IMG/VR virus record: IMGVR_UViG_3300011434_000001
Source of the DNA: an uncultured virus (IMG/VR IMGVR_UViG_3300011434_000001)
Lineage: Duplodnaviria > Heunggongvirae > Uroviricota > Caudoviricetes
Length of the DNA: 20,000 bases
Direction: 5' to 3' (one strand)
Positions 8,226-16,127 of this stretch are shown one piece after another. Positions within the stretch are counted from its first letter, which is position 1; each line of letters starts with the position of its first letter. The translations under genes and the position numbers were made by a program. The notes beneath the pieces are model-generated. The model was not told where the DNA came from, ran no database searches, and saw nothing but the letters and a program-made list of their open reading frames with translations.

Positions 8226-8259
8226 ACTAAACGGTGCGCCGGGGGGAAAAAAGTGTCAA
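8226..8259 (-). promoter_or_regulatory. Putative capsid promoter: TTGACA-17 bp-CACCGTTTAGT
   Basis: A perfect -35 TTGACA (8254-8259) sits exactly 17 bp upstream of the conserved motif at 8226-8236. Confidence 0.7.
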
Positions 8260-8975
8260 CGCCCGATTAGCGCGGTGCGAGCCCAGTGGTAAAGACTGTC
8301 GTCTTTCACGCCGTGGACGAATGCCCAGCCGTGAGTGCGGAGCCAGTCAAATTCCTTTTGCTCCATGGTGCGTTGTCCGCACCGATTGATGATCTTGGAC
8401 GAGAATCCAACGCCCCACTGGGTGAACTTGGGGAACAAATAGATATCCCACGGCTCTTTGCGCGGGACCCCCGTGACCGTCACGCTGCGGATCAGCCATT
8501 GGAGAAAATCTAAATTACTTGTAGCCATCAAATTCCCGTTCAGATGATGCTGCCAGTGGAAAGTCTCGGACCCAACCAACGAGGTGTTTAAACGCATGAA
8601 CTCATCGTGACACTCGTTAATCCACGTGTGGGAGATCGGGATGCAGTCCGCCTCGAACGGGAAAATCCACTTATACTCCGGCAGCTTCCCGGACTGACGC
8701 CCCAAGTAGAACCACTCCATCAGCGAATACCACAGGACCCAGCAGCCCCATGGGTGCCCAGCCGCGCGCGCGACGCATTTCAGTTTTCGGACGTTAAACT
8801 TCCGGGACACATACTGCACTGCCGCTTCGTCGTGGTCACAATCCGCCCGCGCGATGAACACGAAATCGATATCGTCGCGTCGTGTGGGTTCGAGGTCGGC
8901 GATGAGTCGAGCGAGGCGCATGGCCTTGTCGATGTCGCCGCGCCAGTATTGAATTGCGATGACGCCTTTTTTCAT
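8256..8975 (-). CDS. Putative GT-A fold glycosyltransferase-like protein (239 aa)
   Basis: A hydrophobic strand followed by an acidic ExD motif (WIFPFEADCIP), then HLNGN, PWDIY and a C-terminal FVHGVKD typical of GT-A metal/nucleotide-sugar sites. ATGA-coupled to the pyruvyltransferase-like gene. Confidence 0.5.
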   Translation of the reverse strand: MKKGVIAIQYWRGDIDKAMRLARLIADLEPTRRDDIDFVFIARADCDHDEAAVQYVSRKFNVRKLKCVARAAGHPWGCWVLWYSLMEWFYLGRQSGKLPEYKWIFPFEADCIPISHTWINECHDEFMRLNTSLVGSETFHWQHHLNGNLMATSNLDFLQWLIRSVTVTGVPRKEPWDIYLFPKFTQWGVGFSSKIINRCGQRTMEQKEFDWLRTHGWAFVHGVKDDSLYHWARTALIGR

Positions 8976-9925
8976 GATGCGAATTCCTTCAGGAGGTTAA
9001 CCAGCCGATGCTTCTCAGCGCGAAGGTCAAAAGCGCCCTGCGGAATCCACGCATATGCCCCATTAATCCAATCGCGAAATTCGTCGATAGAAAATTCTGA
9101 GGGGCGACACGCCCACCCGCCGAGCCGCCGAACCATCTTGACTCGACTATCATATGCGATCCCCCATGAGGGCGCGCCCCTTGCTGCCACGACTGCTGCG
9201 CCGTGAAGCCGATGCCCAAAATACTGTGCCGCATTCGAATAGAGTTCCAGATAATCCTCCGGCTTCTCATAATGATGAATCCGACTGTCGCTCCACCCAA
9301 GATCATGTGCTAGAAGTCGCTCTCCCCTAGTGTGTGCGACGAAATCGAACCCAGCATTCCAAAGCGTTGCGAAAATGGTTTGCTGCTTTGACATCCACGC
9401 TTTTGTTTCTTTCTCCGACGCTGCGTGTGCGAAGTGCCCTCCGTCCATCATAAAATTACAAAGCCGCTTGTGCCCCAACCCTTGACGGATCGCAAACGCC
9501 GAGGGGCAAATGCTCTCGATGATTTGAGGATGGTCAAAGACTGGCTCGCGCGTCGTCAGCTTCCACACTTTCTGGATCACGTAATTGATCGAAAAAACAT
9601 ACTTCGCAAAGTTTGGAATGTCGTCGAGCAAGACGTGACCAACGCCCAGTGCCATAAGCTTACGACGATCCTTCGCAATCCAGTCTTCAAATATTTTATC
9701 CCACCACCAAATGTCATAATTATCCTGTTCCGTCGCCCAAAACAGCGGCATGCCGCAGATCACTGCACGGTCGAAATCGCGCGGGCAGTAGTGTTCCGGG
9801 TTTTCCTTGTTCAACAGATCGAACTCTGCACCCTTGTCCACCTCTCGAATGAGATTTTGGACGCCGATGCGAGCGAACTCGTCGCCGGGATTCGTTCCCA
9901 GTGTAGTAATCAATAGCCACTTCAA
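8972..9925 (-). CDS. Polysaccharide pyruvyltransferase family protein (317 aa)
   Basis: N-terminal NPGDEF (NxGD), ALGVG, TTRE and C-terminal GHRLHGAAVVAARGAPSWGIAYDSRV match the hallmark NxGD / RxH motifs of the PS_pyruv_trans (CsaB/WcaK) family. TTG start overlaps the upstream stop (TTGA). Confidence 0.8.
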   Translation of the reverse strand: MKWLLITTLGTNPGDEFARIGVQNLIREVDKGAEFDLLNKENPEHYCPRDFDRAVICGMPLFWATEQDNYDIWWWDKIFEDWIAKDRRKLMALGVGHVLLDDIPNFAKYVFSINYVIQKVWKLTTREPVFDHPQIIESICPSAFAIRQGLGHKRLCNFMMDGGHFAHAASEKETKAWMSKQQTIFATLWNAGFDFVAHTRGERLLAHDLGWSDSRIHHYEKPEDYLELYSNAAQYFGHRLHGAAVVAARGAPSWGIAYDSRVKMVRRLGGWACRPSEFSIDEFRDWINGAYAWIPQGAFDLRAEKHRLVNLLKEFAS

Positions 9926-10614
9926 TCAATGATCCTCCAAGGGCCGCGCAACTCTGGCCAGCGCGAGTGGCCGGGGTATTGTTTCGCGTAGCGATGAAAT
10001 ACCAATGCTGTGTTGGGAAGAACGCCCATCGCGTGCATCGACTCCGCCAAGTTCAAGAAGGATGAGTCGATGAAGTGCAATTCCTTCGCGGCGAGTATCT
10101 CCGGCATCCAATCTAGGATGGACGGGCGCTTGTTGATGCGAAAAATTTCGAGATCGTTGGGCAGAGCGTTGGGCCGGATCAAAAAATTCCGGTCGTAGTC
10201 CTCGTGGACGAGTGCGATGTTCCTTTTGGGCTCTTTCCACCCGCGCACGAGTCGCGCCGGGAGCCGGAACTCCGTCCACCGTGTGTCGAAGGGAATTTCT
10301 GCCTGCCGATACATCTCGCTGTCCCATTTTGCTTCGTTGAATCCAAGCTGATTGAAGTATCCGAGGCAAAGACTGTTCGGGCACTGGGGAATCCACCGTC
10401 TTTTCACTTCCTCGTAGTCGATTGCGGCGAGAACCTGCACGTTGGGCACGTCTTCAATAGTGGCGCGCACAGCACGGACGTAGTCGGTTTTTGTAATCCA
10501 CTTCACACGAGCGTGCTTGCGCGCCAAAACGCGGATGAGCCCGTTCAGCACGAGCGCATCACCAAATTCTAGGTGCCCGAAGACGTAAAAATTTTCAGGA
10601 ATCTTTACTGCCAT
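9922..10614 (-). CDS. Putative GT-B (GT9/heptosyltransferase-like) glycosyltransferase (230 aa)
   Basis: N-terminal HLEFGDALVLNGLIRVL (xGD-helix) and C-terminal ILAAKELHFIDSSFLNLA (DS motif) resemble the two GT9 signature regions. Confidence 0.55.
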   Translation of the reverse strand: MAVKIPENFYVFGHLEFGDALVLNGLIRVLARKHARVKWITKTDYVRAVRATIEDVPNVQVLAAIDYEEVKRRWIPQCPNSLCLGYFNQLGFNEAKWDSEMYRQAEIPFDTRWTEFRLPARLVRGWKEPKRNIALVHEDYDRNFLIRPNALPNDLEIFRINKRPSILDWMPEILAAKELHFIDSSFLNLAESMHAMGVLPNTALVFHRYAKQYPGHSRWPELRGPWRIID

Positions 10615-11483
10615 AAATTTTCCGGGTAAACTCGATGTCCAACGTGCCCGCAGACGAGCCCCATGTCCACGTAGACCTGATGTCCAGCCTCGCGGGCGCG
10701 CCGACAGAAAATTACGTCCTCTCCCACGCCCATATTTGAGACTTTTGTCGCGTGCGCTTGCGCGTTTTCCAACATTTGCAAAGCCTTCAGGGCTTTTTCA
10801 CCGTCCATCGGACCTTCGCCGAGCATTTTCACGGTGGCATCGACATCTTCGAGCAGCCGGTGCTCGCTACTGGTGAACCAATGACCATTGAGTGCCGGAT
10901 ATTTCTTCACGATGTCGTCGAAAACGCTGCGGTGAGTGAGCGTGCAACCAAATCCCACCCAGTTTGTGGGCTTCACGAGGTCGTGCGGGCCTGTGCGCGC
11001 GTAATCCGCTTCGGATTTGATCGACATTCCCTCCGCGTAGACCGGACCCGCGCCGGGACGACGACCAAAATAGAGTCCGCCCACCACAGTTTTCTGATGG
11101 GAGAGTAAACGGTCGATGGAATTAAGCCCGGCGAACTTGTCCGGGAACTTTGGCCAGCCGCAGTAGGCTTTAAACCACGGCGCATGCCCGCACGGCACGA
11201 TCATGTCATCATCCATCCACAGAAACCAATCGAATTGGGTCTTGAGCGCCTCGCGCGCGCAGTTGTTACGCGTGTGCGCCACAAAGGCATCGTCCCAATT
11301 CGCCATCAGGCCCACTCGACGGCGGTCGGACAGGTGCGCGATACAGACCGTCGTCAGCGGCGACACTGACTTGTAAGACGGAAGTATCAGCAGCACCTTC
11401 TGCGTCAGCGGACGAAAAGAATCCGACACTGGAATCGCCGTTGGTGCGATGCCGATACCCCGGTTGAGGGTATCGGTGCTCAT
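10605..11483 (-). CDS. GT-A / GT2-like glycosyltransferase (292 aa)
   Basis: VAHTRNN, a DxD in DWFLWMDDDM, VVGGLY, VGFGCTL, and the catalytic-type GEDVIFC...VYVDMGLVCGHVG. Confidence 0.85.
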   Translation of the reverse strand: MSTDTLNRGIGIAPTAIPVSDSFRPLTQKVLLILPSYKSVSPLTTVCIAHLSDRRRVGLMANWDDAFVAHTRNNCAREALKTQFDWFLWMDDDMIVPCGHAPWFKAYCGWPKFPDKFAGLNSIDRLLSHQKTVVGGLYFGRRPGAGPVYAEGMSIKSEADYARTGPHDLVKPTNWVGFGCTLTHRSVFDDIVKKYPALNGHWFTSSEHRLLEDVDATVKMLGEGPMDGEKALKALQMLENAQAHATKVSNMGVGEDVIFCRRAREAGHQVYVDMGLVCGHVGHRVYPENLWQ

Positions 11484-11484
11484 A

Positions 11485-12858
11485 TTACTTGCGGGCGTTT
11501 TCGGCCTGCACCTGACTCATGATTTCGTCAAGCGCATCACCAGTCCGGGTGTGGATGGTAGCTTTCTTTTCCGCATCGGGCAACTTACCACCGGGCGGAA
11601 CCGCCGATTCACGCAAACGAGAGACGCTGGCGTTTTTGAACGACGCGATCTTATCGGTCGCTTCCTTGAGTTGCTTCTCAAGGTCCGTGATACGAGCCTT
11701 CGCGGACTCGTAACGCGGCTGAAGATACAGCAACTTGCCCATGCCGAGAATCATGATCGCGCGCATCTCCGGGGAGTCGTCTTTTGTCGCCTCCTGAATG
11801 TGCTGATTGATTTCCGTCACGGTCTTGTTGTGCGCTTCGATGGCTTTCTTCGTCGCCTCGTCGGCCCCAGCCGGGACCTGACGCTGCTGGATGAATTCCA
11901 ACTTCGGCAAATGCTGCTTCAGGTGGTTCTCCGTATCCACATTGTGCTGCGAGGCGGTCGATTCGATTTCCTTTTGGCGCGCCGCCATATATTCCGAGAC
12001 GTTCGCTTTCGCAGCGGCCTTGGCCTGCTCTTGGTTGTATTCCAAGTTGACCATCTCCGCGATGCGAGACTCCACGATGCGCTGCAACGTTGGGTCCTTG
12101 ATCTCGGCGAAAACGGCATCGAGCTTCACCTTGTGAGGCCCGCCGTGCTTTTTGATTTCGTTGATGACACCGTCATCGACCTGCTTGTGCTTGCGAAGCT
12201 GCGCGTAAATGAACTCAGCGGCGTTCGCGATGGTCTTCTCGTTTTCCTTGAACTTCGGGTCCGCCTCGATGTCCAGCTTGGCGCGCCATTCGCGGAGGGC
12301 CTTCACTTCGGTCTCCACCTCGGGAGGAAGTTTTCCAGCCTGTGCAGCCTTCGCTTCGAGTTCCTTCTTCTCGGCTTCGAGGGCGGCGATCTTCTGCTCG
12401 CGCGCGCTGATCTCCTGCGCAGCACGAATCTTCACCGTGGCAAAAGCCTCGGCGGATTTGGGACTCGCGCCTTGCGGGAGTGAGGGCGTGTCCTTAAAAA
12501 GTTCGTCCGCCTTGGCCTTCTCTGCGGCTTGCTTCTCCGCAGCGGCTTTGTCAGCGGCTTCTTTCTCGGCTTGTTTGGCCGGGTCGTTCGCTTCGGCAGC
12601 CGCCTTCTCTTTGGCATCTTTTTCCTCGGCGGCTTTAGCCTCGGCTTCAGCTTTCGCTTCGTCCGATTCCTCGGTCTTCCCCTGAACTTGCTTCAGGATG
12701 TCGTCGAGTGCGTCGCCGGTATCTTGGTGAACGCCTGTTTTTGGTGCGAGCGACTGTCCCGAGATATCCTGAGCCTTAAGCTTCTCGGCGACTTCCGCGT
12801 TGATCTTACTTGGGTCCGTTTCCAAGTCCGGTTTGGGTGGGGTGTTTTCGTCCGCCAT
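11485..12858 (-). CDS. Putative scaffolding protein (457 aa, coiled coil)
   Basis: Highly charged A/E/K-rich helical protein with a low-complexity N-terminal half, located between portal and capsid. Confidence 0.65.
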   Translation of the reverse strand: MADENTPPKPDLETDPSKINAEVAEKLKAQDISGQSLAPKTGVHQDTGDALDDILKQVQGKTEESDEAKAEAEAKAAEEKDAKEKAAAEANDPAKQAEKEAADKAAAEKQAAEKAKADELFKDTPSLPQGASPKSAEAFATVKIRAAQEISAREQKIAALEAEKKELEAKAAQAGKLPPEVETEVKALREWRAKLDIEADPKFKENEKTIANAAEFIYAQLRKHKQVDDGVINEIKKHGGPHKVKLDAVFAEIKDPTLQRIVESRIAEMVNLEYNQEQAKAAAKANVSEYMAARQKEIESTASQHNVDTENHLKQHLPKLEFIQQRQVPAGADEATKKAIEAHNKTVTEINQHIQEATKDDSPEMRAIMILGMGKLLYLQPRYESAKARITDLEKQLKEATDKIASFKNASVSRLRESAVPPGGKLPDAEKKATIHTRTGDALDEIMSQVQAENARK

Positions 12859-12863
12859 AAAAA

Positions 12864-13172
12864 TTACTTAGCTGGGTTCAGCTTTTCACCGTCCCATTTA
12901 GAATCGTCCAAAAGGTCCGGTAAGCTTTCAACTGTTTGGGGCGCAGCCGGTTCGGGCCGGGCCAGTGTCAAAATATTCCGAATCACTTCCTGTGTGCCGA
13001 GCAACGTGCCCGCGCGGATCAGAACTTTGTTGGTTTCGCCTTCAGCCAAAAGCGTCGGAGCTAGTTCCGCCAGCTTGGGCAGAAATTTAACTCCAGTTGG
13101 ACCGCTCAAAAAATTCGCGAGCGCGAGGCGGTCATCGGAATGCCATGTGATTTCGTCGAGGGTGATTTCCAT
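12864..13172 (-). CDS. Small hypothetical protein between portal and scaffold (Bbp19-like pattern)
   Basis: The pattern FLSGPTGVKFLPKL...GTQEVIRNIL and its position resemble the small ORFs found after the portal in many podoviruses. Confidence 0.5.
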   Translation of the reverse strand: MEITLDEITWHSDDRLALANFLSGPTGVKFLPKLAELAPTLLAEGETNKVLIRAGTLLGTQEVIRNILTLARPEPAAPQTVESLPDLLDDSKWDGEKLNPAK

Positions 13173-13187
13173 AGGGGTGATATGGGG

Positions 13188-15266
13188 TTACACTGTTGGG
13201 GGTTGTAATTGCTGGTCTTCTTGTTCGATGATTGCTTCCTCCGCGTCGTGCTGTGACGACTGCTGCTGGAGGTCTGCGGCTTGCTGGTCAAGCTGCTTGA
13301 GTTGTTCGATTGCCTTCGCCGCGTTATTCACGAGATCGGCGACGGGTTTCAATTTGTCTTTCGGAACGCCCTGCTCCAACGCGCGATTGTAGTGCTCCAT
13401 GATGTGCGCGATGATCGGTTCGAGTTGCTCCGTCTCGCCCTGACCCTGCATGATCGAGCCCGCAAGTTGCTCCGCGACAGGCATCAGCATGTCGAGGTGG
13501 ATCATGTGATTATCACGCGGACTGACCGGGACCTGCGCCCCGGACTGGATCAGCATCAGTTCCATCTGCTGCAACCGTTGCTGCTCCGCTTGGACGGTCG
13601 GGTCATTCTCCGGCAGCAGCACACGCTTGGCGAACTCGGGGTTTAAACGCGCTGTCAAATCTTCGACTTCAAGTTGGCGCTGATTGTAAAGAGGATTGCC
13701 GCGTTTCTCCGCTGCCAACGACACAATCAATTGACGTTGCAACGGGGTAAGATCAGTGACCGTCCCGGCCACAGGTTGCGAAGCGAGTTCGTCCAGTTCT
13801 TCGCGGCTCATGTGCTCGAGCAATTCTTCTTGCAACGCCTTCGCATCATCCTCGACTGTTTCCTTGTCGCACAAACGACGCTGCATCGTGCCGACGAGAC
13901 TGACGAACTGCTCCAGAAAACGAGCGATACGAACGTCCTGCTGTTCTTCCTCGCGCTGAGCGTAAAGATTGACGGCAGCGGGGGAGCGGAAAGCTTCGCC
14001 CTCGATCTTGGGCGGCGAGGTCGAACCGATCAACTGATCCACGATCATCCCGAAAAACGCATCGAGTCTGACGAAGTCCTCCACATTACCATCGATCTTT
14101 TGCTCCAGCAAAGTCCAGCCTTGCGGGACAATGAGGGCTGCGCCGACGACGCTCATCTTGAACTTGTGAATCTGCTTGATGTCGCCTTGGAAAATTGATT
14201 TGCCGGAGAGGATGGAGCGATCCACAATCTCATTGCGCGTGCGGTCGATCATCCCGGCCATTTCGTAGATGTCCCGGCCAACGCCCTTTGAGCCGTGCAT
14301 CGTGCCATTACCTTTTTGGAATGCGAAAAATGCTACGCAGTCGTCCATGCTATTGAATCGGTCTTCCTTTTCGAAAATGAGATCATACTCGTTCCCGGCC
14401 AAACGATAGTGCGAGACCTTGCCGGTAACCTCTCGGACGAGCAGAGAGTAAACCACAACCACGCTCGCGCCGCCCATGTAGGAAGCCCCAAGGGTCAACT
14501 CGCGCGCGGCATTTTGATACCACGTCTCCGAGGTGCCGTCACCTAACGCATTGCGGACTTGATTCGGGGACGCCTTATTGATCGCAGTGATGGTTTTTGC
14601 GATATCCCAACCAACGGTCTCCGCTGCCTCTTTGTCCTTGATGTAGGCATACAACTCGTGGGGCATGAAAGTTTCGCGAAGCACGACCACCTGAGAGGTG
14701 GAAGGAAGCTGCTTGGTGCCGTCCGAGAGATAAATTTCGTCTTGCGCGAACGTCTTCGGAAACCATGTGAACTCATCGAGCCACGCGGGGACCGAATGTC
14801 CGAACAGCGCGTTGGTGAACGCGATGTCCTCAACCAAAGTCGTCCAGCCCTTGCGCGCCCGGATCGTTTTGGTGATGTGCTCGCGAAACATCTCCGTCTT
14901 CTCGACCGCATTTTCCCAGCGGGACGAGAGGGATGAGTTGGTGAGATACTTCTGAGCGGCGACGGCGCGCACAAACCGAGGCGCGACCTTTTCGATCATG
15001 CTCGGGAGCGGCTTCGTGGTAAAATTCTGCTTCCAGCCCAACCCCTCGGCATGTAGCCGGGCGGAACTGTAAGGACGTTCGGCGTTATACTTGGCCAAAA
15101 TGCGGCCGTTGACGATCTGGCGCTCGCGGTTGGCGGCGATGATGGTCTTCACAACCTCTTGGGCCATAAAGACATCTTTGATGCTGCGCTGGGTAGGCTC
15201 ACCTGACGCATTTAACGCCGGGCTCTGGATAAGCCCATCTTGCGCCAAGTTTTTTTGGTCTGCCAT
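13188..15266 (-). CDS. Portal protein (692 aa)
   Basis: Size, position after the terminase, a mixed alpha/beta core and a Q/E-rich helical C-terminus like P22-type portal barrels. Confidence 0.75.
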   Translation of the reverse strand: MADQKNLAQDGLIQSPALNASGEPTQRSIKDVFMAQEVVKTIIAANRERQIVNGRILAKYNAERPYSSARLHAEGLGWKQNFTTKPLPSMIEKVAPRFVRAVAAQKYLTNSSLSSRWENAVEKTEMFREHITKTIRARKGWTTLVEDIAFTNALFGHSVPAWLDEFTWFPKTFAQDEIYLSDGTKQLPSTSQVVVLRETFMPHELYAYIKDKEAAETVGWDIAKTITAINKASPNQVRNALGDGTSETWYQNAARELTLGASYMGGASVVVVYSLLVREVTGKVSHYRLAGNEYDLIFEKEDRFNSMDDCVAFFAFQKGNGTMHGSKGVGRDIYEMAGMIDRTRNEIVDRSILSGKSIFQGDIKQIHKFKMSVVGAALIVPQGWTLLEQKIDGNVEDFVRLDAFFGMIVDQLIGSTSPPKIEGEAFRSPAAVNLYAQREEEQQDVRIARFLEQFVSLVGTMQRRLCDKETVEDDAKALQEELLEHMSREELDELASQPVAGTVTDLTPLQRQLIVSLAAEKRGNPLYNQRQLEVEDLTARLNPEFAKRVLLPENDPTVQAEQQRLQQMELMLIQSGAQVPVSPRDNHMIHLDMLMPVAEQLAGSIMQGQGETEQLEPIIAHIMEHYNRALEQGVPKDKLKPVADLVNNAAKAIEQLKQLDQQAADLQQQSSQHDAEEAIIEQEDQQLQPPTV

Positions 15267-15272
15267 AACTCT

Positions 15273-15306
15273 ACTAAATTGTGGTGTTTTTACGGAGATT
15301 TGTCAT
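15273..15306 (-). promoter_or_regulatory. Putative portal-operon promoter: ATGACA-17 bp-CACAATTTAGT
   Basis: Conserved motif at 15273-15283, with a near-consensus -35 (15301-15306) 17 bp upstream and the ATG 6 nt downstream. Confidence 0.65.
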
Positions 15307-15560
15307 TGACTTTTTCGCCTCCAGATGCGTTTCCACTTGCGCTTGGGGCACTGCTCCAGAGCCAGAAAGGTCTTTGCGTCCACGAAACAGGTGCAAATCC
15401 GGCACTGCTCGTCTACCAATTCCTCGCATTGCTCGCATGTCTTGCGCCGGTCGCCCCATTCAGCGTCCGTGACGGTGGTCTCATAATCGAGCATCCATGC
15501 GAACAACCTGCGCACCTGCGCAGCGGCATAACGAAAAGGAGTGTGCCAACGGAAAATCAT
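15303..15560 (-). CDS. Small Cys-rich putative Zn-binding protein (DUF6171-like pattern)
   Basis: RRKTCEQC...QCRICTCFVDAKT...CPKRKW. The likely start is ATG at 15560 (ATGA overlap) rather than TTG at 15578. Confidence 0.6.
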   Translation of the reverse strand: MIFRWHTPFRYAAAQVRRLFAWMLDYETTVTDAEWGDRRKTCEQCEELVDEQCRICTCFVDAKTFLALEQCPKRKWKRIWRRKSQ

Positions 15561-16126
15561 TTTATCTTCAGCCAGCAATGGTCCGGGAGATCGTCGCGCT
15601 TCTCAGATATCGAATCGAGATGCACCATCACTCCAGTGTCGCGAGAAAATTTCTCGCATGCGTTGAGGCGCGAGTCCGCGTTGCGATTCCGCAAAATGCT
15701 CTTGCGCATCTCCGCGATAAAAGTCTGACAGGGCGCGCACCCTTGCTTCAGGGTGATGTTGAACGGACAGTTGGCACACGTCTCGGTGCGCTTGGCTGCC
15801 GTCTCGGGGGAAACATAAGTGAGCGTGTCCTTCGCGCGTCGAATCCCAGCCAGCCACGCCAGCACCGCTGATTTAATCGTCGAGCGCGCGGTGGAACTCT
15901 TTACCGGAGCAGCGGTGTCTTCGTAACAGTGGCCCGGGTTTCTCTGGCACGCTTGTTCGAGCACTTCTTTTTCCGGGTCTCCAATCGGAAGGTTGTTGAG
16001 GCGTCGATATGAGTCCACACGATTGATCACATCACGCCAACTGCGCACGCTCACGTGCGTGGTCCCGTCCCTATCCTTGAAGATGTATCCGCCTTTGGGA
16101 AAAAGATTAACGTTGATCTTTTGCAT
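15557..16126 (-). CDS. Cys-rich hypothetical protein (189 aa)
   Basis: CANC, CAPC and further Cys residues, ending LPDHCWLK. Starts 1 nt after the terminase stop. Confidence 0.65.
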   Translation of the reverse strand: MQKINVNLFPKGGYIFKDRDGTTHVSVRSWRDVINRVDSYRRLNNLPIGDPEKEVLEQACQRNPGHCYEDTAAPVKSSTARSTIKSAVLAWLAGIRRAKDTLTYVSPETAAKRTETCANCPFNITLKQGCAPCQTFIAEMRKSILRNRNADSRLNACEKFSRDTGVMVHLDSISEKRDDLPDHCWLKIK

Positions 16127-16127
16127 A

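Noticed and set aside
8039..8227. 62-aa minus-strand ORF in the capsid leader
   Set aside because: It starts at a GTG inside the promoter motif, overlaps the capsid start out of frame and has no protein-like features. A leaderless uORF cannot be wholly excluded.
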